Part shown: positions 9,503 to 17,100 of the stretch, piece after piece
Position numbering within the stretch: position 1 is the first letter of the stretch
Layout: the number at the start of each line of letters is the position of its first letter
NCBI GenBank assembly: GCA_018817585.1
Contig: JAHITE010000048.1
Span: 2,100-66,099 of the forward strand
DNA: 64,000 nucleotides
Direction of reading: 5' to 3'
From: Candidatus Omnitrophota bacterium
GTDB lineage: Bacteria; Omnitrophota; Gorgyraeia; B26-G9
Notes under the pieces: model-generated
Databases searched by the model: none
What the model was told of the DNA's origin: nothing
The model's input: the letters and a program-made list of their open reading frames with translations, nothing else
Translations under genes and position numbers: made by a program

Positions 9503-11281
9503 ATGAGTAAAATAAAAATTTTGTCCAAACAATTAGCTGATAAAATTGCTGCCGGAGAAGTTGTTGAACGTCCGGCTTCTGTGGTTAAAGAGCTGGTGGA
9601 AAATTCGCTGGACGCGCGGAGCAACAATCTTGAAGTTATTATTGAGGACGCGGGTTTAAAATCAATTAAAGTAATTGATGATGGACAGGGTATTGAAACT
9701 GATGATTTGCCGCAGGCTTGTCTGCGGCACGCGACCAGCAAGATAAACAGCGACGCGGATTTAACCAATATTATGACTTTGGGCTTTCGCGGGGAAGCCT
9801 TGGCCAGCATTGCTGCTGTCAGCCGCTTAACGCTTTGTTCTGCCACTGCCAGCACTCAAATCGCCCGGCAGCTTTATAGTGAAGGCGGGGAAACGAAAAA
9901 TATCTGTGAAACTGTGCGTACTAAAGGGACAACAGTAGAAGTATTGAATCTTTTTTACAATACTCCGGCACGCTTAAAATTTTTAAAAACCAAGACAACG
10001 GAAATGGCGAATATTACCCGAATTATTACAGAACTTGCTTTGGCTTATCCCCAGATTGGTTTTAAATTAATCCATAATCAAAAGGCTTTGATCAATTGTT
10101 CAGCGCATCCATCGCTTTTGCAAAGAATTGAAGTGTTATTAGGCAAAGAATTCGCTCAGGAGCTTGTCCCGATATCTTTAAATATCGCAATGCTGAAAAT
10201 CAGCGGCTTTGTGAGCAAAGCTGGCTGCGGATATTCCAGCCGTAAGCAGCAATATCTTTTTGTGAATAATCGCAGCATAGCCGATAAAACAATGTCCCAC
10301 GCGATTGTCCAGGGATATAATACTTTCTTAATGGAAAAAAAATTTCCGGCAGCTTTAATTTTTATCCAAACTCCTGCCCAGATGATTGATGTTAATGTTC
10401 ATCCCAGCAAGCGGGAAATCAGATTTCAGCAGGCAGGAATGGTACATGATCTTTTGGTAAAAGCAATAAAAGACGCTTTAACTGATAAGGATCACTTGCC
10501 ACAGATGCCGAATAATCAGCTGCCGCGGTTCGGTAAGCAGGATGGGAGTATTTTTTTCTTTAGTAATAATAAACGGAAGACGGATGGAATAAATTATATT
10601 CAGCAGGCTTATGTGCAGCGGCAGCAGTCTGAAGAAAAATTATTTTCAATTGCTGATGCAGCCCAGACTTTATTTAATCAGGAAAATGAGCAAGTTTACG
10701 CGCAGGGTAAAAGAGGCGATTACTTACAAGTCCATTCTACTTATATCGTAACTCAGGATGATAAAGGGCTGATCGTAATTGATCAGCACGCGGCGCATGA
10801 GCGGATTATTTTTGATCAGTTGTTTAAACAATTCAAGCAAAAAAAAGTAGAAAAACAAAAATTGCTTTTACCGATCACACTGCATTTAAATGCTCAGGAG
10901 TTTATTTTAATCAATGAACATAAAACCGCTTTTGAGCAGCTGGGATTTGAAATAGAGGATTTTGGCGATAATAGCTTGGCGGTTTACGCGTATCCGGCAA
11001 TACTCGGTAAAATAGACATAAAGGCAGAATTTCAGGCAATTGCTAATGATATTATCGAATTTGAGATTAGTCCTGATTTTGACGCGAAAATAAATCAGTT
11101 TCTCGCGCCCATAGCATGTCACAGCGCGGTGCGGGCCAATCAGGAACTTTCCAGTGAAAAAATCGCTTGCTTGCTGCAAAGCTTGTGGCAGACTGAGGCG
11201 CCTTATACTTGTCCGCATGGCCGGCCAACTGTAATTACGATTAGTTGGTCGGATCTGGAGAAAAGATTTCAGAGAAAATAA
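9503..11281 (+). CDS. mutL: DNA mismatch repair protein MutL
   Basis: GHKL ATPase N-terminus (AAGEVVERPASVVKELVENSLDA, DDGQGI) and MutL C-terminal dimerisation domain. Confidence 0.9.
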   Translation: MSKIKILSKQLADKIAAGEVVERPASVVKELVENSLDARSNNLEVIIEDAGLKSIKVIDDGQGIETDDLPQACLRHATSKINSDADLTNIMTLGFRGEALASIAAVSRLTLCSATASTQIARQLYSEGGETKNICETVRTKGTTVEVLNLFYNTPARLKFLKTKTTEMANITRIITELALAYPQIGFKLIHNQKALINCSAHPSLLQRIEVLLGKEFAQELVPISLNIAMLKISGFVSKAGCGYSSRKQQYLFVNNRSIADKTMSHAIVQGYNTFLMEKKFPAALIFIQTPAQMIDVNVHPSKREIRFQQAGMVHDLLVKAIKDALTDKDHLPQMPNNQLPRFGKQDGSIFFFSNNKRKTDGINYIQQAYVQRQQSEEKLFSIADAAQTLFNQENEQVYAQGKRGDYLQVHSTYIVTQDDKGLIVIDQHAAHERIIFDQLFKQFKQKKVEKQKLLLPITLHLNAQEFILINEHKTAFEQLGFEIEDFGDNSLAVYAYPAILGKIDIKAEFQAIANDIIEFEISPDFDAKINQFLAPIACHSAVRANQELSSEKIACLLQSLWQTEAPYTCPHGRPTVITISWSDLEKRFQRK

Positions 11282-11307
11282 TAAAAATTATAGGGGAGAA
11301 ACAGCTG

Positions 11308-12702
11308 ATGAAAGAAATATTAAACTATGCTAAAGCAGCGGCGCTTATTGTTTGCCTGGGCATTAGCTTGATAATCGGACTGTCGAGAATAGCAATGTTG
11401 CTGAATAATAAAGCGGTCGAACAATATAATAAAGGCGAGATGCAGGCGGCGATTGATTTTTATACTAAATCAATCAAGCTTTGTCCCAAGGCGCAGGTAT
11501 ATTACAATTTAGCTTGTGCTTATGACGCGCAGGGTAAAATTGAGCTGGCGATTGAACATTATAAAAACGCGCTGAGTCTTGACAGCAGCCATGCGCAGGC
11601 TTGTCAGGCTTTAGTTGATATTTATCGCGAGCAGAAAGATTTTAATCAGGCGGAAATGTATTTAAAGAAAATGAACGCGATTAATAATCCTAGCGCTAAA
11701 TCAGATTTGAGCCAGCTTAAAAATGAACAGCTGATTTCATTGTGTAATCAGGCAAATAGCGATTATCAGCAAAATAATATTCAGCAGGCGATTGAAAAAT
11801 TAGAACAGGTTCTGGCTTTAGACCATGAGTTTGCTCCGGCGCATAAAATGTTAGGAGAAATCTATTTAAGCCGGAATGATTTAGAGAAGGCAATCAGCAG
11901 TTACAAGGCAGCGATTAAAGCCAAAGATAATGATCCGCGGCTTTATAGGAATATTGGTGTAATGTATATGCAGTTGGAAAATTATCCCAAAGCTGTTGAG
12001 TTTATGCAAAAAGCGCATAGAATGGCTCCCCAGGATATGGAGATAAAATATAGTTTTGCCAGCGTGTTGAGGGATAATCAGCAATCAGCAAAGGCACTGG
12101 CTCTTTATCAGCAGATAGCTGAAGAAGATCCGCGATATCAGAATATTCACAATGATCTGGCTGGAGTTTATTTGGCGATGGGCTCAGAAAAACAGGCTGT
12201 TCTTGAATTTGAAAAAGCTCGGGATATTGCTTTAACCCTCCAGGCTAGCGGAGATAAGCAGCCTTGGACAGTCTTGAGTTTGGCCATAGCTTATAGCGGA
12301 TTAAATGATGCGCCTAAAGCGAAAAATATTATTGATAGAATTATCAGGGAAAATCCGGATTTCAGTCATGCTTATTATATGAGGTCTCAGGTATTAAAAA
12401 AATTAGGTTATGCCAAAGCAGCAGATGATGATCTGCAAAAAGCCCGTCAAATAGCGAGGAAAATCAAGACGGTTGCTCAGCTCAAAAGCAATCGCGTTGA
12501 ACCAAAAACCGTTAAAAAACCGCAGCAAGTTTCAGCGCTTAAAATTGATACGATAGTAAAACTTAAAAACGGTCAAACAATGCGGGGAAAATTAAAAAAA
12601 CAGGCAGACACTTATGTGGTTTTGGAAGTGGATATGGGTTCTTCCATCGGAGAGATAACTTTCAGCAATCAGAAGATACAGGAAATAATCAGCACAAATT
12701 AA
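11308..12702 (+). CDS. TPR-repeat protein (N-terminal TM)
   Basis: Multiple TPR-like helical repeats. Start moved to ATG 11308 (SD GGGGAGAAAC) instead of 11245, which would overlap mutL. Confidence 0.65.
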   Translation: MKEILNYAKAAALIVCLGISLIIGLSRIAMLLNNKAVEQYNKGEMQAAIDFYTKSIKLCPKAQVYYNLACAYDAQGKIELAIEHYKNALSLDSSHAQACQALVDIYREQKDFNQAEMYLKKMNAINNPSAKSDLSQLKNEQLISLCNQANSDYQQNNIQQAIEKLEQVLALDHEFAPAHKMLGEIYLSRNDLEKAISSYKAAIKAKDNDPRLYRNIGVMYMQLENYPKAVEFMQKAHRMAPQDMEIKYSFASVLRDNQQSAKALALYQQIAEEDPRYQNIHNDLAGVYLAMGSEKQAVLEFEKARDIALTLQASGDKQPWTVLSLAIAYSGLNDAPKAKNIIDRIIRENPDFSHAYYMRSQVLKKLGYAKAADDDLQKARQIARKIKTVAQLKSNRVEPKTVKKPQQVSALKIDTIVKLKNGQTMRGKLKKQADTYVVLEVDMGSSIGEITFSNQKIQEIISTN

Positions 12703-12806
12703 AAACGCGGAAAATTATTCTTAAATTTTGTTTTGACGTAAAGCTAGCAACTGCGGTAAAATCAATGTATCTGTAATTTACTTAAAGCATTAAAAAAGGA
12801 GCAGAG

Positions 12807-13220
12807 ATGAAACAAAGAATACTGATTTGGGGTATGGGATTAATCATGATCTTGTCATCAACTGCGCATGCGGCGGTGATTGGAACTGATAATGAACAAG
12901 TTAAGCAATGCGCTGATCCGATAATTGATAATATCCTGCAGGGAATGGCCAATGATGATTATCCCATGTATATAAAGGATTTTGATAATGATCTGAGATC
13001 CCTGTTATCTAAAAAGCGGTTTGTTGAAAAGAGAAAAGAAGTCTATGATTGGGTAGGTAGTTATTTATATCGCGAATATTTAGGATTTATTAATACTCAG
13101 GGCTCTACGATAGTCTTTTGGAAGGGAACCTTTGATAAAACAAAAAATGATATTCTGATCAGGTTAACCCTTAGTCAGGAGGAGGGCAGGTATTTAGTAA
13201 AAGGTTTATTTTATCAATAA
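12807..13220 (+). CDS. secreted DUF3887-like protein
   Basis: Signal peptide; paralog of 27052..27483 (shared motifs ADPI.DNIL.G, KDFD, W.GS...REY.G, V.WK.TFDK..ND.LI.L.L). Confidence 0.5.
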   Translation: MKQRILIWGMGLIMILSSTAHAAVIGTDNEQVKQCADPIIDNILQGMANDDYPMYIKDFDNDLRSLLSKKRFVEKRKEVYDWVGSYLYREYLGFINTQGSTIVFWKGTFDKTKNDILIRLTLSQEEGRYLVKGLFYQ

Positions 13221-13236
13221 TCGGGGATGCGCAGGA

Positions 13237-13345
13237 ATAGCCTGGCTGATAGCTGATAGTAAAAGCAAAAAACAGAAAAACTGCGGGTAGAGTTAAAAGT
13301 TCATAAAGTTATAAAGTAAAAAATTTGTTAGCAGTTATTTTTTAC
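13237..13345. repeat. heptanucleotide-periodic tandem repeat array
   Basis: ctggctg atagctg atagtaa aagcaaa aaacaga aaaactg ... agttcat aaagtta taaagta. Confidence 0.6.
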
Positions 13346-13453
13346 GCGATACTCACGACGCAATACTTAAGACGGGAATGAGGGTTTAGGAATTGTCTTG
13401 TGTCTTTGTTAATATCGAGGAAGTTGAAGATAATGTTAAACCCAAAATAACCC

Positions 13454-13488
13454 AAGCAATCTCTAAAATCAAGAGATTGCTTTTTTTT
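13454..13488 (+). terminator. rho-independent terminator (orphan)
   Basis: Perfect 11-bp stem aagcaatctct / agagattgctt, 7-nt loop, T8 tail. Nearest upstream CDS ends 230 bp earlier. Confidence 0.6.
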
Positions 13489-13684
13489 AAAAACGAATAT
13501 ATGGGACATAGCTTAAAGATTAAAAATTATTGAAAAGCCCCGCTGACAAGGGAGTTGTTAAGTGATTAAATATAGGCATTTATACCCTATAAACTATTAG
13601 CAGTATATTTTACGACATGTCTCATATCAGGGTATTATGTATGTATTGTGACTGTTAAAAGGGGATGAGTTAGTCCAAACAATA

Positions 13685-13732
13685 CTTCTTGGAACCTAAA
13701 ATGTTACAAAAAAGGACAGGGCATATATTTAA
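13685..13732. repeat. left copy of ~48-bp imperfect direct repeat bounding accessory island
   Basis: ccaaacaatacttcttggaacctaaaatgttacaaaaaaggacagggc, ~87% identical to 16194..16241. Confidence 0.7.
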
Positions 13733-13791
13733 TGTTATGGTAATAAAAAATAAATTTATTGACTTAAATTGGTAATTATTATATAATTATT

Positions 13792-14082
13792 ATGGATATA
13801 CGATTCGTTTGGGACGAAAATAAAAACACAACCAATCTAAAGAAACATAAGGTTTCATTTGAAGAAGCTAAAACTGTATTTTTAGATGATAGCGCTCAAA
13901 TAATTTATGATCCTGACCATTCTGAACATGAAGATAGATTTGTATTATTAGGGATGAGCATACGTTTAAGAATCCTCGTAGTCTGCTATTGTTACAGAGA
14001 AAATGATGAAATTATCAGAATTATATCAGCACGAAAAGCAACGAAAAAAGAGGAGAAACAATATTATGCGAAAAGAATATGA
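13792..14082 (+). CDS. brnT: type II toxin BrnT (DUF497)
   Basis: MDIRFVWDENKN..NL.KH.VSFEEA..VF.D; conserved partnership with downstream BrnA. Confidence 0.75.
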   Translation: MDIRFVWDENKNTTNLKKHKVSFEEAKTVFLDDSAQIIYDPDHSEHEDRFVLLGMSIRLRILVVCYCYRENDEIIRIISARKATKKEEKQYYAKRI

Positions 14083-14275
14083 TTTTTCGAAATCTACCAA
14101 GAATCCTTATGCTAAACAATTAAAACAGCAAATTAGTATTAGAATTGAACGGCAAACAATTGATTATTTTAAGTCTCTCGCTGGAGAAACAGGCGTTCCT
14201 TATCAAAACTTAATTAATCTTTACCTTAGAGATTGCGCGCAATCACACAGAAAACCTCAATTTAAATGGTCATAA
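14066..14275 (+). CDS. brnA: type II antitoxin BrnA (RHH-like)
   Basis: MRKEYDFSK..KNPYAK.LK..ISIR; 17-nt overlap with brnT. Start taken at internal Met 14066 rather than track start 14003. Confidence 0.7.
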   Translation: MRKEYDFSKSTKNPYAKQLKQQISIRIERQTIDYFKSLAGETGVPYQNLINLYLRDCAQSHRKPQFKWS

Positions 14276-14277
14276 CA

Positions 14278-14350
14278 AAGCAATCCAGGTAATTTTATTC
14301 TGCGGCAAAGCCGCTCCATAAAATACCTGGTTTTCGTGTTGTGGTGATAA
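14278..14350. repeat. structured hairpin repeat, copy A
   Basis: Stem CAGGTAATTTTAT (14286) / ATAAAATACCTG (14318..14329) with inner GC hairpin gcggcaaagccgc. Begins 3 nt after the brnA stop. Confidence 0.7.
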
Positions 14351-14486
14351 AAAATGAACAAATATCCAAAAAGAAAAAATCACTGATTAAAAGAATACGA
14401 TTATACCCAGGCAGGATATTATTATGTAACAATATGTACATATAATAGGGATTTATTAATTGGTGAAATTATAAATAAACCTGTAG

Positions 14487-14506
14487 GGCCACAGCGTGCT
14501 GTGGCC
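14487..14506. repeat. GC-rich REP-like hairpin 1
   Basis: ggccacagc gt gctgtggcc; 9-bp stem in a 37% GC background. Confidence 0.6.
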
Positions 14507-14639
14507 GTTATCCTTAATGAATATGGTAAAATTGTTGATGAAGAATGGCAAAACACACAACGATTACGGGAAAATATTCAATTGGATAAATATATAATTA
14601 TGCCCAATCATATACATGGAATAATAATTATTAATAGTA

Positions 14640-14661
14640 GGGACACGGCACGCCGTGTCCC
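14640..14661. repeat. GC-rich REP-like hairpin 2
   Basis: gggacacggc ac gccgtgtccc; 10-bp stem, exactly at the transposase/RT junction. Confidence 0.6.
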
Positions 14662-15504
14662 TACTAAGCAAACGGTTGCAACGGGGAAGATTTGGCTGGA
14701 TTGTTGATGCAGATATCAAGGGTTTCTTTGATCGGATAGACCACGATTGGATGATGAAGATGCTCGAACAGCGGATTAACGACCGACGATTCCTTGGGCT
14801 AATTCGAAAATGGCTCAAGGTAGGCATCCTTGAGGAAGACGGCAGAGTGATACATCCTCTGACCGGAACCCCACAGGGAGGTATTGTCTCGGCAGTTCTG
14901 GCAAACATCTATTTACACTACGCACTTGATCTGTGGTTTGTGAAGGTAGTCAAACCTCGGTGTCGTGGAGAAGTGAGGATTATGCGATACGCGGATGACT
15001 TTATCTGTAGCTTCCAGTTCCAGAGCGATACACAGAGATTTTACGACGTACTGAGTAATCGGCTGGAGAAATTCAAGCTTGAATTATCCCTGGAGAAGAC
15101 GCAGGTAATTAAATTCACCAGATTCGAGACCGAGAACAGTAAAGGTTTTAACTTTCTCGGATTCGAATACCGCTGGGGGAAGAGCCGAAGAGGTAACTCA
15201 CTAGTGAAGATGCGAACGTCGAAGAAGAAGTTCCGGGGAGCAATTGCGGCGATTCTAGGATGGATCAAAGGGACACGCGGGGATACTCATCAAGCTACGA
15301 CAGAAGTTACAGGGACATTGGAACTATTACGGAGTCTGCGGCAACTATAAGATGCTGCACAAATTCTACAACCAGGTATGCAGGATAATGTACAAATGGT
15401 TAAACCGCCGGAGTCAACGCAAGAGCTACAATTGGCAAAGATTCAGTGAGGTTCTTGAGCAATTCAAGATTCCGCGGCCTCGAATTATAGGGTATTGGAA
15501 CTGA
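14655..15504 (+). pseudogene. group II intron reverse transcriptase/maturase, 5'-truncated and frameshifted
   Basis: GWIVDADIKGFFDRIDHDW, TPQGGIVSAVLANIYLH, RYADDF in frame 3. A frame switch near 15290 moves into frame 1 (GHWNYYGVCGNYKMLHKFYNQVCRIMYKWLNRRSQRKSYNW). RT domains 0-2 are absent. Confidence 0.7.
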
Positions 15505-15507
15505 ACG

Positions 15508-15765
15508 ATGCTTTTGTACGAAGCGAGCAATACTGAATTTCGAGTAAAAGGATACCGCTTTTATTTTTTATCAAATGAGGAATCACGCATTCATATTCAT
15601 ATAGAGTGCGCTGAGGGTGAAGCAAAATTTTGGATTGAGCCAATTATTGCTTTAGCAACCTGTTACAGATTAAATCCAAGACAATTAAGCGAAATACAAA
15701 AAATAGTGGAGAAACATAAAAATGAAATCATTAAAGAATGGCAAAACTATTTCGGTAAGCGTTGA
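15508..15765 (+). CDS. DUF4160 domain protein
   Basis: FRVKGYRFYFLSNEESRIHIHIECAEGEAKFWIEP. Confidence 0.6.
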   Translation: MLLYEASNTEFRVKGYRFYFLSNEESRIHIHIECAEGEAKFWIEPIIALATCYRLNPRQLSEIQKIVEKHKNEIIKEWQNYFGKR

Positions 15766-15991
15766 AAATATTACCACTTTTGGCATTTGGGTGCTAGTAA
15801 AAAAAAAGGAATACTTTCTCGATTACCAAAATTATCCCTTTTTTCGCAATCAAACCATCAAAAACATCCAAAATGTTAAACTTCTTCATGGGTTCCACCT
15901 CTACTGGCCTAATTTAGATGTTGATCTAGAAATAGATAACCTAGAAAATCCTGAAAAATATCCATTAACAAGCAAAATGAAGAAAAAATAA
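15722..15991 (+). CDS. DUF2442 domain protein
   Basis: Overlaps the DUF4160 gene by 44 nt; typical DUF4160/DUF2442 gene pair. Confidence 0.55.
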   Translation: MKSLKNGKTISVSVENITTFGIWVLVKKKEYFLDYQNYPFFRNQTIKNIQNVKLLHGFHLYWPNLDVDLEIDNLENPEKYPLTSKMKKK

Positions 15992-15999
15992 ATATAATA

Positions 16000-16075
16000 A
16001 GGCAATTCAGGTAATTTTATTCCGTGCCGAAATCGACGCTCCATAAAATACCTGATTTTTATGTTATAGGTAAAT
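16000..16075. repeat. structured hairpin repeat, copy B
   Basis: Same stems CAGGTAATTTTAT (16008) / ATAAAATACCTG (16043..16054) as copy A with a divergent loop. Begins 9 nt after the DUF2442 stop. Confidence 0.7.
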
Positions 16076-16193
16076 AAGGAAATGGCAACAATGCGGGTTT
16101 GGAAATGGCAATATTTCTTTTTGGGTAAGAAAATAATTATTACCCATGGTTTTTTAAAAAATTGGAATTAGCTGAACGATTGCACGCTACTCA

Positions 16194-16241
16194 ACAAACA
16201 ATAATTCTTGGAACCAAAAATATTCCAAAAAAGGACATGGC
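16194..16241. repeat. right copy of ~48-bp imperfect direct repeat bounding accessory island
   Basis: acaaacaataattcttggaaccaaaaatattccaaaaaaggacatggc. Confidence 0.7.
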
Positions 16242-16301
16242 TTTGTCTTTGGGAATGGGTATTTTAGCTTTATTTAAATCAAAATGCTCAAATGAATGTT
16301 T

Positions 16302-16319
16302 TTGTGAAAAAAATAACAA
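16302..16319. promoter_or_regulatory. Rex operator 1
   Basis: TTGTGAAaaaaATAACAA versus Rex consensus TTGTGAA-N4-TTCACAA. Confidence 0.6.
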
Positions 16320-16362
16320 AACCCCTTGACAAGAGTCAAAAATATGATACATTTATATTATA

Positions 16363-16380
16363 TTGTGAAAAAAGTAACAA
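16363..16380. promoter_or_regulatory. Rex operator 2
   Basis: TTGTGAAaaaaGTAACAA. Confidence 0.6.
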
Positions 16381-16424
16381 AAATCTATTTTAATCAATAG
16401 ATGTTTTTTTTATCAATTTAAGTT

Positions 16425-16442
16425 TTGTGAAAAAAATCACAA
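16425..16442. promoter_or_regulatory. Rex operator 3
   Basis: TTGTGAAaaaaATCACAA, 14 nt upstream of the rex start. Confidence 0.65.
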
Positions 16443-16455
16443 GAAAGTTTATTCA

Positions 16456-17100
16456 ATGAAGAATAAAAATAGTGTTATTCGGCTTTCTCGATACAAAAAT
16501 GCTTTGAGAAGATTAAAAACAATGGGGTTTGCCAGGATTTTCTCAGATAATTTAGCAGATGCTATAGGCGTAACGCCTTCTCAGGTGCGCAAGGATTTTT
16601 CAATTTTTGGGATTTCCGGAAATAAGCGCGGCGGATATCAGATTGATGAGTTGATTGAGCATTTGAATAATATCCTGGGGAAAAATACAATCAAGCACGC
16701 GATTATTGTTGGTGCTGGGAATATTGGCGCGGCCTTGGCTAAATATGATGGTTTTGAAAAAGACGGGATTAAAATTGATGCTGTGTTTGAGGCTGATCCG
16801 CTAAAAGTAAGCTCCCAGGCAGTGATCCCGGTTTTGCACGCGGATCAGATGATTGAGTTTATTCAAACAAATGATATTCGCATTGGGATTATTGCTGTTC
16901 CGGAATCATCAGCGCAGCAGGTTTTGGATTTAATGGTTTTATCCGGAGTAAAGGGAGTATTAAATTTTGCGCCAATCAGACTGCGTGCCCCTAAAGAGTG
17001 TGTAGTGAATAATGTTAATTTAGTGCTGGAACTGGAAAATGTAATTTATTTTAGCAATTTGTTGGAAAAAGAAGCTCAGGAAGCAGAAATAAATATATGA
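16456..17100 (+). CDS. rex: redox-sensing transcriptional repressor Rex
   Basis: Winged-helix N-terminus (LAD.IGVTPSQVRKDFS.FG) plus Rossmann GAGNIG. Confidence 0.85.
   Translation: MKNKNSVIRLSRYKNALRRLKTMGFARIFSDNLADAIGVTPSQVRKDFSIFGISGNKRGGYQIDELIEHLNNILGKNTIKHAIIVGAGNIGAALAKYDGFEKDGIKIDAVFEADPLKVSSQAVIPVLHADQMIEFIQTNDIRIGIIAVPESSAQQVLDLMVLSGVKGVLNFAPIRLRAPKECVVNNVNLVLELENVIYFSNLLEKEAQEAEINI

Larger units (their letters stand above)
14387..14707 (+). pseudogene. IS200/IS605-family Y1 (RAYT-like) transposase, N-terminal fragment
   Basis: Frame 2 is open from 14387 (EYDYTQAGYYYVT...NRDLLIGEI...YIIMPNHIHGIII). HuH-like motif and YHVT-like motif present. No start codon, and the catalytic-Tyr region is missing. 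Confidence 0.55.

Noticed and set aside
11245-11307. Track start of the TPR gene at 11245 overlapping mutL by 37 nt
   Set aside because: An in-frame ATG at 11308 with SD GGGGAGAAAC lies just after the mutL stop. The longer ORF is an artefact of upstream read-through.
15250-15360. Programmed frameshift in the RT gene
   Set aside because: The gene is also 5'-truncated (RT domains 0-2 absent) and lacks intron domains V/VI downstream. A decayed pseudogene is far more likely.
14278-16075. Calling the two post-cassette hairpins bona fide integron attC sites
   Set aside because: No convincing R''/R' cores (RYYYAAC / GTTRRRY) are present. No intI gene is in the window. The idea is kept only as a structural analogy in the findings.
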